A DNA stretch of 64,000 nt. Source: an uncultured Acidobacteriota bacterium (lineage in GTDB: Bacteria; Actinomycetota; Acidimicrobiia; Spongiisociales; ZC4RG35). Both the position numbers and the translations under genes were made by a program. Shown piece after piece: positions 8,928 to 18,212 of the stretch. The notes under the pieces are model-generated. The model was not told where the DNA came from, made no database searches, and was given only the letters and a program-made list of their open reading frames with translations. Numbering within the stretch: the stretch's first letter is position 1; the number at the start of each line of letters is the position of its first letter. Where the stretch lies: contig CAVQFU010000005.1 in the NCBI GenBank assembly GCA_963711895.1, forward strand, positions 26,034 to 90,033, written 5' to 3'.

Positions 8928-9628
8928 TCGTGAACGCCGTACTCGTCATCGAAGGGGTCGCCATCATCCTCCTCGCCATCCTCGTGGTGGGCCTGCTTCG
9001 CAGCAACGCCGATGTGTTGCGGGCCCTGCACGAGCTGGGCGCCACCGAGCCCGGGTCAGCCGCCCCGAGACGCAGACACCAGCAGGCCGCGCCCGAGCGT
9101 GAGGGGACCGCCCCCGACGTCGCCGGCTCGACGTTGACCGGATCTGCGGTCCATGTCGGCGTCACCGGGGCGCAACACCCGACTCTTTTGGCGTTTCTCT
9201 CGACCGGCTGCTCGGCCTGTGTCGGGTTGTGGGATGGCCTGAAGACAGGCGTCGGCAGGATCGGTTCGGACGACACAAGGATCGTGGTCGTGACCAAAGG
9301 CCCCGAGGCCGAGAGTGAGTCGAAATTGCGTGAGCTCGCCCCCGATGGTGTTTCCCTGGTCCAGTCCACCGAGGCATGGTTCGACTACGAGGTGCCCGTA
9401 TCCCCATACTTCGTGCTCGTCGACGGGCCGTCGGGCTCGGTCATAGGGGAAGGATCGGCGGGCTCCTGGGCCCAGGTGTCGTCGCTGATGACCCAGGCTC
9501 TGGCCGACGCCGGCACCGTCAAGCGGGACAGGCTCGACAACGGCGAGTTCAGAGCAGATGCGGAACTGCGCCGGGCCGGGATCCTGCCCGGTGACCCGAG
9601 CCTCCATCAGGAGGAACGGCCACAGTGA
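8924..9628 (+). CDS. membrane-anchored thioredoxin-fold protein (TlpA/MauD-like)
   Basis: N-terminal TM helix (AVLVIEGVAIILLAILVVGLL) and LLAFLSTGCSACVGLW with a CxxC motif. The start overlaps the upstream stop (GTGTGA). Confidence 0.7.
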   Translation: MIVNAVLVIEGVAIILLAILVVGLLRSNADVLRALHELGATEPGSAAPRRRHQQAAPEREGTAPDVAGSTLTGSAVHVGVTGAQHPTLLAFLSTGCSACVGLWDGLKTGVGRIGSDDTRIVVVTKGPEAESESKLRELAPDGVSLVQSTEAWFDYEVPVSPYFVLVDGPSGSVIGEGSAGSWAQVSSLMTQALADAGTVKRDRLDNGEFRADAELRRAGILPGDPSLHQEERPQ

Positions 9629-10083
9629 AGTCGGCCGGCATCGACGTGGCCGTTCCCCAAGGCTGGGACGGCGAGATCTACCGACGTGAGGACGAGCTCT
9701 CCGCTCAGTCGGCTGGAGCCGGATCCCATCCGGTGGTCCATCTCGGCACTTTCCCTCTCCCGCAGGGTCGTGGCGATTTCGGTTCGGGTGCGGTCGAGAT
9801 CATGAGCTCCGACGACCTGCTCGTGGTTCTTTTCGAGTACGGGCGTGAGTCGGCAGGAAGCGCGTTGTTCGCTCGGATGGGGATTCCCCGGGTAGCGGCC
9901 TCCGACTTCGGTCCCAACAATATGCAAAGACCCATCGCCGGCCAGTCAGGTGCCCAATACTTCTTCAACCAGTCGGGGCGCGCCTTCTGCTTGTATGTCG
10001 TGCTCGGCGCCCACGCCCGCCGCAATGAGTTGGTCCCCGAGGTGAACCAGGTCCTGGCGGGCCTGACGATCGACCCAGAATGA
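9625..10083 (+). CDS. hypothetical protein (no recognisable domain)
   Basis: 152-aa ORF coupled at both ends: GTGA overlap at 9625-9628 and ATGA overlap at 10080-10083. Confidence 0.5.
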   Translation: MKSAGIDVAVPQGWDGEIYRREDELSAQSAGAGSHPVVHLGTFPLPQGRGDFGSGAVEIMSSDDLLVVLFEYGRESAGSALFARMGIPRVAASDFGPNNMQRPIAGQSGAQYFFNQSGRAFCLYVVLGAHARRNELVPEVNQVLAGLTIDPE

Positions 10084-11112
10084 AGATGTACACAGCAGAT
10101 CCGGGCCGGTATGGCCGCATGCCCTATGCCCGATCGGGGAGGAGTGGTCTGGACCTGCCCCGGATCTCTCTGGGGCTATGGCACAACTTCGGGGGCGATT
10201 CGCTGACCGAGGAGGGTCGGCGCTTGATCCTGAACTCGTTCGACCAGGGGATCACGCACTTCGACCTGGCCAACAACTACGGGCCTCCGCCCGGATCGGC
10301 GGAGCGGAACTTCGGAGCGCTACTTGCGTCGGACCTGTTGCCCTATCGGGACGAGCTGATCATCTCCACCAAAGCGGGATACGACATGTGGGAGGGACCA
10401 TATGGCGAATGGGGCTCGCGCAAGTACATGTTGGCCAGCCTGGACCAGAGCCTGGCGCGAATGGGACTCGAATACGTCGACATCTTCTACTCCCATCGGT
10501 ACGACCCGGATACACCACTCGAGGAGACCCTGGGCTCTCTCGACAGCGCGGTCCGCGCCGGGAAGGCCCTCTATGCCGGGATCTCCTCGTATGGCCCGGA
10601 GATGACGCGGGAGGCGCACGCCATCCTCACCCGGCTCGGGACACCGTTCATCATCCACCAGCCCTCCTATTCGATGCTCAACCGATGGGTCGAGGATGGG
10701 CTCCTCGATGTGCTCGGCGAGCTCGGCATCGGCTGCATCGCGTTCTCCCCGTTGGCCCAGGGGCTCCTCACCGACAGATACCTCGAAGGTGTCCCCGCCG
10801 ACTCCCGGGTGGGCAAAGGGAGGTGCGCTGGATCCCTCGATGCTGTCCGAGGACAACCTGGCCCGGGTGCGGGCACTGAGCGGCGTCGCTCGAGATCGGG
10901 GCCAGACCCTGGCCCAGATGGCCGTGGCCTGGGTGTTGCGCGACGATCGCGTCACTTCGGCTCTGATCGGGGCCAGTCGCTGGTCTCAGGTAGAGGACCT
11001 GCTGCGGGCCGTTGAGAACACACAGTTCAGTGACGAGGAGCTGGCCGCCATCGACCGGTACGCGGTGGAGGGCGACATCAACTTGTGGGCCAGGTCCAGC
11101 GACGCCGGCTGA
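10080..11112 (+). pseudogene. aldo/keto reductase (YghZ/Gpr-like), interrupted by an apparent +1 frameshift near 10821
   Basis: ORF 10080-11015 carries the AKR N-terminal two-thirds (up to ...LTDRYLEGVPADSRVGKG). ORF 10696-11112 in the next frame carries the conserved C-terminus (GALDPSMLSEDNL...DRVTSALIGASR...INLWARSSD). Skipping one base in AAAGGGAGG joins them. Confidence 0.8.
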
Positions 11113-11122
11113 CGGCGGCGAG

Positions 11123-11548
11123 ATGAGAGACTCGGGTGTCAAGCGGTGGTCCGCGTTTCACCGCGCGCTATACGAGGCGACGAACGGCGTGCTCGGTCGG
11201 CGGTTGGTCGGGAACGACATGCTCCTCCTCACCACACGCGGGAGGGTGACCGGTGAGCCGCACACGGTCCCGCTGCTCTACCTCCGCGACGGGGACCGGC
11301 TTCTGGTGATCGCTTCGTATGGCGGGCGTGATCACCATCCCGCGTGGTATCTCAACTTGCTTGCCGATCCCTCGGTCACCGCCCGTGTCGGCGACCGGAA
11401 GATGGTGCTGACCGCCCGGACCGCCTCTTCCGCAGAACGTGATGTCTGGTGGCCGAAGGTGGTGGCGTCCTACAGCGACTACGCCGTCTATCAGACGAGG
11501 ACCGACCGGGAGATCCCGGTCGTCGCCCTCGAGCCCCGCGGCCTTTAG
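11123..11548 (+). CDS. nitroreductase-family deazaflavin (F420)-dependent oxidoreductase (Ddn-like)
   Basis: LLLTTRGRVTGEPHTVPLLYLRDGDRLLVIASYGGRDHHPAWYLNL...REIPVVALEP is the typical Ddn/PNPOx-like family pattern. Start at ATG 11123. Confidence 0.8.
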   Translation: MRDSGVKRWSAFHRALYEATNGVLGRRLVGNDMLLLTTRGRVTGEPHTVPLLYLRDGDRLLVIASYGGRDHHPAWYLNLLADPSVTARVGDRKMVLTARTASSAERDVWWPKVVASYSDYAVYQTRTDREIPVVALEPRGL

Positions 11549-11608
11549 GCCGCACACTGTCATGCGCGGAGGCCGCACAGTGTCGGAGGGCTGAAGCCGC
11601 ATAGTCTC
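11548..11608. promoter_or_regulatory. three direct repeats GCCGCA(C/T)A(C/G)T(G/C)TC spaced 23-24 nt, upstream of the aminotransferase gene
   Basis: GGCCGCACACTGTC (11548), GGCCGCACAGTGTC (11571) and AGCCGCATAGTCTC (11595). Units 1 and 2 contain an ACAnTGT palindrome. Confidence 0.3.
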
Positions 11609-11614
11609 ACGGGC

Positions 11615-12769
11615 ATGTCGATCGCCGACCGTCTTGCCTCGTTCGGGGTCACCATCTTCAGCGAGATGACCGCCCTCGCTCTGGAGCACGACGCCATCAA
11701 TCTGGGGCAGGGCTTCCCCAACTGGGATGGGGCGGGGTTCGTCAAGGAGGCCGCCGCTCGATCATTGGCCGAGGGCGGAAGCGACCAGTATCCGCCGAGC
11801 CAGGGATTGCCGGCCCTGCGGGAGGCCATCGCAAATCGATATGCGCCGCTGCTGGGCAGGCAACTCGATCCTGCTGCAGAGGTGACCATCACCTGCGGGT
11901 GCACCGAGGCCCTCGCCGCATCCTTCCTCGGCCTCATCGACCCCGGTGACGAAGTGATCCTCATCGAGCCCTTTTACGACGCCTATCCGGTGTTCGTCTC
12001 GATGACGGGTGCGGTGCCGAGGTACGTGACGCTGAGGCCACCGGCGTTCGAGATCGACCTCGAGCAGCTCCGATCTGTCTTCTCCCCGGAGACGAAGGCG
12101 ATCGTGATCAACAACCCTCACAACCCGACTGGTCGGGTCCTCACCGACGAGGAGTTGTCCGCCATCGCCGCCCTCTGTGTCGAGTACGACGCCATCGCCA
12201 TCACCGACGAGGTCTACGAGGAGATGGTCTACGACGGCGAGCATCGGAGGCTGGCGAGCTACGAAGGCATGTGGGAGCGAACGCTCACCCTCTCTTCGAT
12301 CGGCAAGACGTTCTCGCTGACCGGATGGAAGGTGGGCTGGGGTATCGGCCCGCCGGCCCTGACCGCCGGGCTACGCGCTGCCCATCAGTTCCTCACCTTC
12401 ACCACCCCGACCCCGGTGCAAAACGGGGCGGTGGCGGCGATGGCTGCCCCGACCGGCTTCTACGAGGATCTCCGCTCGAGTTACCTGAAGAAAAGGGACC
12501 TGCTCGCCGACGGGCTGGATTCTGCCGGATTCCAGGTACACCGCCCCCAAGGGACGTACTTCATGATGGCCGGGTTCGACGGCTTCGGCTTCGCCGACGA
12601 CCGGGCTTTCTGCCGCCACATGGTCGAGACCGCCCGAGTGGTGGCGATCCCACCGAGTGTCTTCTATCACCGGCCCGAGGATGGGGCTTCCCTCGTCCGC
12701 TTCGCCTTCTGCAAGGACGAGGAGATACTCACCGAGGCCCTGGATCGACTCAGCGGTCTCGCCGGATGA
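11615..12769 (+). CDS. PLP-dependent aminotransferase, class I/II (YbdL/kynurenine-aminotransferase-like)
   Basis: INLGQGFPNWDG, NNPHNPTG and LSSIGKTFSLTGWKVGW (PLP lysine context). Confidence 0.85.
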   Translation: MSIADRLASFGVTIFSEMTALALEHDAINLGQGFPNWDGAGFVKEAAARSLAEGGSDQYPPSQGLPALREAIANRYAPLLGRQLDPAAEVTITCGCTEALAASFLGLIDPGDEVILIEPFYDAYPVFVSMTGAVPRYVTLRPPAFEIDLEQLRSVFSPETKAIVINNPHNPTGRVLTDEELSAIAALCVEYDAIAITDEVYEEMVYDGEHRRLASYEGMWERTLTLSSIGKTFSLTGWKVGWGIGPPALTAGLRAAHQFLTFTTPTPVQNGAVAAMAAPTGFYEDLRSSYLKKRDLLADGLDSAGFQVHRPQGTYFMMAGFDGFGFADDRAFCRHMVETARVVAIPPSVFYHRPEDGASLVRFAFCKDEEILTEALDRLSGLAG

Positions 12770-12776
12770 GGTTTGC

Positions 12777-13760
12777 TCACCCGGCGAAGGCGGGCATCAC
12801 CTCACGGGCGAACAGCTCCAGACTCGACAGGTCGTAGGCGGGGTCGGGGAAGTAGACGATGGCATAGGCCAGACCCAGAGCTTCCCATTCCTTGAGATAG
12901 GTGATGACCTGCTCCGGCGTGCCAGAGGCGTATTTGAACTGCTTGGCAAATTCGGCGGCGCGCTCCTCGGCCACGTACCGGCCGACCCGGCTCTTCAGCT
13001 CCCCCATCTTCTCGGCCACCTCGGCCTCGGTCTCGGCACACACGATGTTGAAGTTGGCCGACCTTGTGATCGTGTCGAAATCGCGGCCGATATCGCGGCA
13101 ATGCCCTGCAAGCACGTCTGACTTGTGGGTGAACCACTCGGGTTTGATCCCGAAGTTGGTGTACTGGGCGTGTCTGGCAGCCACCCGCAGTGTCAGTTGC
13201 TCACCGCCACCCGCCACCCAGAGCGGGATATGCGGGGTCTGGAGGGGCTTGGGCTGACAGATCGCCCCCTTGAGCCGGTAGTGCCTGCCCTCGTAGTCGA
13301 CCACCTCCTCGGTCCACATCGCCTTCATGATCTCGACGCCTTCCTCCAGCATCTTGATGCGGGCAGCGGGCTCGAGGAATGGGTAGCCATAGCCGTCGTG
13401 CTCGTGCTCGTACCAGCCGGCGCCGATGCCCATCTCGAGCCGGCCGCCGGAGATCACGTCGATCGAAGCCGCCACCTTGGCCAGATACGACGGCGGGCGA
13501 TAGGTGTTGCAGGTGCACATCTGGCCGAGACGGACGGTGCTGGTCACCGCGGCCAGGGATGCCATCAGCGTCCACGCCTCGTAGGTCGCTTGTTGCGTGG
13601 GCTCCGGGGTGGTGTGGAAGTGGTCGTAGACCCACAACGACTCGAATCCGGTCTCCTCGATGCGGCGGGCGACCCTGCTCATCGTCTCCCAGTGCTCGGC
13701 GGGGTCGATCCCGACCAGATCGAGACGCCATCCTTGCGGCACGAATGCTCCGAATCTCAT
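12777..13760 (-). CDS. LLM-class (luciferase-like) F420-dependent oxidoreductase
   Basis: MRFGAFVPQGW...FESLWVYDHF...RLEMGIGAGW pattern of the luciferase-like monooxygenase family. Confidence 0.8.
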   Translation of the reverse strand: MRFGAFVPQGWRLDLVGIDPAEHWETMSRVARRIEETGFESLWVYDHFHTTPEPTQQATYEAWTLMASLAAVTSTVRLGQMCTCNTYRPPSYLAKVAASIDVISGGRLEMGIGAGWYEHEHDGYGYPFLEPAARIKMLEEGVEIMKAMWTEEVVDYEGRHYRLKGAICQPKPLQTPHIPLWVAGGGEQLTLRVAARHAQYTNFGIKPEWFTHKSDVLAGHCRDIGRDFDTITRSANFNIVCAETEAEVAEKMGELKSRVGRYVAEERAAEFAKQFKYASGTPEQVITYLKEWEALGLAYAIVYFPDPAYDLSSLELFAREVMPAFAG

Positions 13761-13841
13761 TGTGACGAGGCTAACGAAACCTGGTTGGACCTGGCTCTAC
13801 CGGGTTTACACTTCATCGCTCCCCGAGACACCCAGGGAGTG

Positions 13842-16800
13842 ATGACGGCACCCTTCTTCGAGCCTGGCCCTGATCGAGACGCCTGCGGCGTCGGGTTCAT
13901 CGCCGCCCGGGACCTCGCCCCCAGCTTCCGGATGACACGTCTCGCTGTCGAATGCCTGGTCAACCTGGACCACCGTGGGGCTCGGGCGGCGGACGGCACC
14001 GGCGACGGCGCCGGTCTGCTGACCCAGGTGCCCCATCGTTTGATCAACCGCGAGTTGGCCACCCACGGGCTGGAAGTGTCACCAGCGCGATTGGGAGTTG
14101 TGATGTGCTTTCTGTCGCCGACCGATGCCGCCGCCTCCCGATCGGTGGTCACCGAAGCCATCGAGGCGGAGGGGATGCATCTCCTGTTCTGGCGCTCGGT
14201 CCCCACCGACCCCTCGGTCCTGGGAGATCACGCCCGGCTCGTCTTGCCACTCATCGAGCAGGCCATCGTCACCAGCGAGGACGAAGGCGCCGACTTCGAG
14301 CGCGCCCTCTATCTGTCCCGGAAGCGGATCGAGAGGGCGGATGTCCCGGGCTTGTCCATCCCCTCAGCCTCGAGCCGCACCGTCGTCTACAAGGGGCTGT
14401 TCACCGCCTCCAAGATCTCAGACTTCTTCTGGGACCTGCGTGATCCCGACTTCGAGACGGCGTTTGCGATCTTCCACCAGCGCTACTCGACGAACACCTT
14501 CCCGTCGTGGGACAACGCCCAGCCGTTCCGCACCCTGGCCCACAACGGAGAGATCAACACCGTCCAGTCGAATCGATCGTGGATGCTGGCCAGGGAGAAG
14601 GCAGCGACACCGGGGGTCTGGGGGGATCGTCTTCCCGATGTCTTCCCGTTCCTCCAGCCCGGAATCTCCGACTCCGGGAGCCTGGACAACGTGTTCGAGT
14701 TGCTCATGCAGAGCGGCCGGTCCCTGGCCCATGTCAAAGAGATGCTGATGCCTGCTGCCTGGGAGAACGTACCCGACCTGGAGCCGAATCTGGCCGCCTT
14801 CTACGCCTATCACGCCTTCCTGACCGAGCCCTGGGACGGTCCGGCCGCGATCGCAGCCACCGACGGATCGTCGCTGCTGGCCGGCATGGACCGCAATGGT
14901 CTTCGCCCCGCCCGGTGGGCGGTGACGCCGGACGTGCTACTGGTCGCGTCCGAGGCGGGTGTCTGCCCCGAGGAGGAATCCAAGGCCACCGCAACGGGAC
15001 AACTCGGGCCTGGTGAGCTGATCCTCTTCGATGGCGAGACGGGCCAGGTGCTGCACTCAGACGAGGTCAAGGAGGCGCTGGCCACGGCCCGGCCGTACGG
15101 GGATTGGGTGAACACCGAAACCCTCCGCATCCAGGCCTCGTTCGACAGCTTGGCCGACGACCGCTTCGATGCCGCTGCCCTCAGCCGGGTGTTCGGGTAT
15201 ACCGCTGAGGAGCGCCGGCTCGTCATCGCGGACATGGCCCAGGGCGACAACCCGCTCGGCTCCATGGGTGATGACACCGGGCTCGCAGTTCTCGCCACCA
15301 AGCCGCGTCGTCTGACCCAGTTCTTCCACGAGCAATTCGCTCAGGTGACCAACCCGCCGATGGATCCGATCCGGGAGAAGCTGGTCATGTCGCTCCGCAT
15401 CCAGCTCGGGCGACGCGGGCCTCTCCTCGAGGACCGCCCACAGCAGGCCCATCTCATCGAGCTGTCCAGCCCGATCCTGTCCGATGCCGAGCTGGAGTCG
15501 ATCGTCCGCTCCGGGGACGCCCGCTTCTTCTCGCACTGGATCGCCACGACCTGGGCGGTGTCGGACGGGCCCGAGGGCATGGAGCGCCGGCTCGACGAGA
15601 TCTGTGAAGAGGCGACCCAGGCGGTCAAGCTCGGGGCGACGATCATCGTGCTCTCCGATCGGGAGACCGAGGCCACCAGGGCGCCGTTACCGATGCTCCT
15701 GGCCCTGGGAGCAGTCCATCACCGGCTGATCGACGAGGGGGTGCGCGGCTCGGTGTCGCTCGTAGTCGTGTCGGGGGAGCCACGTGATCCCCACGACCTG
15801 GCCTGCATGGTCGGCTTCGGGGCGTCGGCGGTGAACCCCTACCTGGCCATCGAGCACGCTCGCGACCTCGCCGCGTCGGGCGCAATCGACGTCGACCCCG
15901 TGGCGGCACAGGAGAATTTCCGGGCGGCCATGGAGGGTGGTCTGCTCAAGATCATGTCCAAGATGGGGATCTGCACATTGTCTGCCTACCGCGGCTCTGA
16001 GCTCTTCGAGGTGATCGGCCTCTCCGAGCAGGTATGCCGCAAGGCGTTCCGCAACGCCCCACGCCGTCTTCGGGGAGTTGGGATCAAGGAACTGGCCCGG
16101 CAGGCGCTGCTGCGCCATGAGGCGTACACGGCCGGCGTCCCGGACCCAGGCGGGTTCTACAAGCACCGCCGTGGCTCGGACACCCACGTCACGAGCCCGA
16201 TGGTCGTCCTCGGAGTCCAGAAGGCGGTTCGATCGGGTGACCCGGAGGACTGGGACAAGTACATCGAGATGATCTCGGATCGCGATCCGGCGTTGGTGCG
16301 CGATCTCCTCACCTTCGTGCAGCGGGACCCGGTCCCGCTGGAGGAGGTGGAGCCGGTCGAGGCGATCATGCGCCGGTTCACGACGGCTGCGATGTCGCAC
16401 GGCGCTCTTTCGGCCGAGGCCCACGTCGCCCTGGCCGAGGCGATGAACCTGATCGGCGGGCACTCCAACTCCGGTGAGGGAGGGGAGGACCCGGCCCGGT
16501 TCGGCACGCCTATGAACTCGGCGATCAAACAAGTCGCATCGGGCCGATTCGGGGTCACTCCCGCCTACCTGCATTCCGCGGACGAGCTGCAGATCAAGAT
16601 GGCCCAGGGCTCCAAGCCCGGCGAAGGAGGCCAGCTGCCCGGCCACAAGGTGTCTCCCGAGATCGCCCGTCTCCGATACACCGAGCCGGGCGTCACCCTG
16701 ATCTCGCCGCCCCCGCATCACGACATCTACTCGATCGAAGACCTCGCCGAGCTCATTTACGACCTGAAGGCGTTCAAGCCCACAGCCCTCGTCTCGGTGA

Positions 16801-18212
16801 AGCTGGTGAGCGAGCCCGGGGTTGGCACCATCGCCGTCGGAGTCGCCAAGGCGGACGCAGATGTCATCACCATCTCCGGATCGGAGGGAGGCACCGGTGC
16901 CTCCCCACTCGTCTCGATCAAGCATGCCGGCTCGCCATGGGAGCTCGGCCTCGCCGAGGCGCACCAGGTGCTCACCGCCAACGGGCTCCGTTCACGGGTG
17001 CTGCTGGAGACCGACGGCGGCCTGCGCACCGGGCGCGACATCATCGTCGCCGCCCTGCTCGGGGCGGAGCGCTTCGGCTTCGGGACGCTTCCGCTCCTGG
17101 CCATGGGCTGCAAGATGGTCCGTCAGTGCCACCTCAACACCTGCCCGGTCGGGATCGCCACCCAACAGGAGGACCTGAGGGCGAAATTCACCGGCTCGGC
17201 CGATCAGGTCGTCCTTCTCTTCCGCCGCCTGGCCGAAGAGGCACGCCGTCACATGGCTTCACTCGGGGCCCGCTCGATCGCCGACCTGGTGGGTCGGGCC
17301 GACCTGCTGCGCCCGATCGATCCTCAGCACCCGCTCTCCGCCGATCTATCCGCCATGCTGATCGCATCAAAGGGGGGAAAGGTCCACGAGGGCTACCGGA
17401 AGCTACCGCTTTCAAGCCTCTCTGTTCGCCTGGTGGCAGACAGCCAGGAGGCAATTGCTACTCAGCAACCTGTCGAGCTCTCCTACCCGATCCGCAATGT
17501 CGACCGGGCTATCGGGGCCCGGCTCTCGGGTGATATAACCGCCCGGCACGGGAGTGATGCCCTCCCTGAGAGCACGATCGTGGTCAAGTTCGCCGGGACC
17601 GCCGGGCAGAGCTTCGGTGCCTGGCTGTGCAACGGGGTGGAATTCCATCTCGAGGGAACCTCCAACGACTACCTGGGCAAGGGGATGGGCGGTGGTCTGA
17701 TCTCGGTCTCGCCCCGGCGCCCGAGCGGGTCCGCCCCACACGCTGCCGGGAATGCCGTGCTCTATGGCGCTACCGGGGGACGAGCGTTCCTGTCCGGACG
17801 GGTCGGACAGCGCTTTGCCGTTCGCAACTCCGGCGCCACTGCGGTGATCGAGGGTTGCTCGGATCACGGTTGTGAGTACATGACCGGAGGCAAGGTGCTG
17901 GTGATCGGTGATGTCGGGCGCAACTTCGCCGCCGGGATGACCGGTGGGATCGCCTATGTCTGGGACCCGGATCTCAGCCTCAAGGCTCTGCTGGCCGACA
18001 CTGCTCCCTCCGCCCGCCGGCCGTCGGATGCGGATCTCGGTGACATCCGGATGCTCATCGAAAGCCACCTGCGCTACACGGCCAGCCCGGTCGCCGAGCA
18101 GATCCTCGACGACTGGAATCGACAGCAAGGCGCCTTCTGGGTGATTTCGGCATCGGCCCCGCCCCGAAAGCCGGTCGGGATCGAAGTGACCGAGGTCCCT
18201 GCCGCCGGTTGA
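13842..18212 (+). CDS. gltB: glutamate synthase large subunit
   Basis: Start MTAPFFEPGPDRDACGVGFIA (Ntn amidotransferase Cys). FMN/Fe-S domain motifs (HSNSGEGGED, KMAQGSKPGEGGQLPG, ISGSEGGTGASP) and a C-terminal GXGXG beta-helix domain. The track ORF start at 13125 is a spurious upstream extension. Confidence 0.95.
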   Translation: MTAPFFEPGPDRDACGVGFIAARDLAPSFRMTRLAVECLVNLDHRGARAADGTGDGAGLLTQVPHRLINRELATHGLEVSPARLGVVMCFLSPTDAAASRSVVTEAIEAEGMHLLFWRSVPTDPSVLGDHARLVLPLIEQAIVTSEDEGADFERALYLSRKRIERADVPGLSIPSASSRTVVYKGLFTASKISDFFWDLRDPDFETAFAIFHQRYSTNTFPSWDNAQPFRTLAHNGEINTVQSNRSWMLAREKAATPGVWGDRLPDVFPFLQPGISDSGSLDNVFELLMQSGRSLAHVKEMLMPAAWENVPDLEPNLAAFYAYHAFLTEPWDGPAAIAATDGSSLLAGMDRNGLRPARWAVTPDVLLVASEAGVCPEEESKATATGQLGPGELILFDGETGQVLHSDEVKEALATARPYGDWVNTETLRIQASFDSLADDRFDAAALSRVFGYTAEERRLVIADMAQGDNPLGSMGDDTGLAVLATKPRRLTQFFHEQFAQVTNPPMDPIREKLVMSLRIQLGRRGPLLEDRPQQAHLIELSSPILSDAELESIVRSGDARFFSHWIATTWAVSDGPEGMERRLDEICEEATQAVKLGATIIVLSDRETEATRAPLPMLLALGAVHHRLIDEGVRGSVSLVVVSGEPRDPHDLACMVGFGASAVNPYLAIEHARDLAASGAIDVDPVAAQENFRAAMEGGLLKIMSKMGICTLSAYRGSELFEVIGLSEQVCRKAFRNAPRRLRGVGIKELARQALLRHEAYTAGVPDPGGFYKHRRGSDTHVTSPMVVLGVQKAVRSGDPEDWDKYIEMISDRDPALVRDLLTFVQRDPVPLEEVEPVEAIMRRFTTAAMSHGALSAEAHVALAEAMNLIGGHSNSGEGGEDPARFGTPMNSAIKQVASGRFGVTPAYLHSADELQIKMAQGSKPGEGGQLPGHKVSPEIARLRYTEPGVTLISPPPHHDIYSIEDLAELIYDLKAFKPTALVSVKLVSEPGVGTIAVGVAKADADVITISGSEGGTGASPLVSIKHAGSPWELGLAEAHQVLTANGLRSRVLLETDGGLRTGRDIIVAALLGAERFGFGTLPLLAMGCKMVRQCHLNTCPVGIATQQEDLRAKFTGSADQVVLLFRRLAEEARRHMASLGARSIADLVGRADLLRPIDPQHPLSADLSAMLIASKGGKVHEGYRKLPLSSLSVRLVADSQEAIATQQPVELSYPIRNVDRAIGARLSGDITARHGSDALPESTIVVKFAGTAGQSFGAWLCNGVEFHLEGTSNDYLGKGMGGGLISVSPRRPSGSAPHAAGNAVLYGATGGRAFLSGRVGQRFAVRNSGATAVIEGCSDHGCEYMTGGKVLVIGDVGRNFAAGMTGGIAYVWDPDLSLKALLADTAPSARRPSDADLGDIRMLIESHLRYTASPVAEQILDDWNRQQGAFWVISASAPPRKPVGIEVTEVPAAG

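Noticed and set aside
13125-13841. N-terminal 239-codon extension of the gltB ORF (track start 13125)
   Set aside because: The extension is antisense to the LLM oxidoreductase gene (12777-13760) and has no GOGAT similarity. The conserved Ntn Cys (MTAPFF...DACGVGF) fixes the start at 13842.
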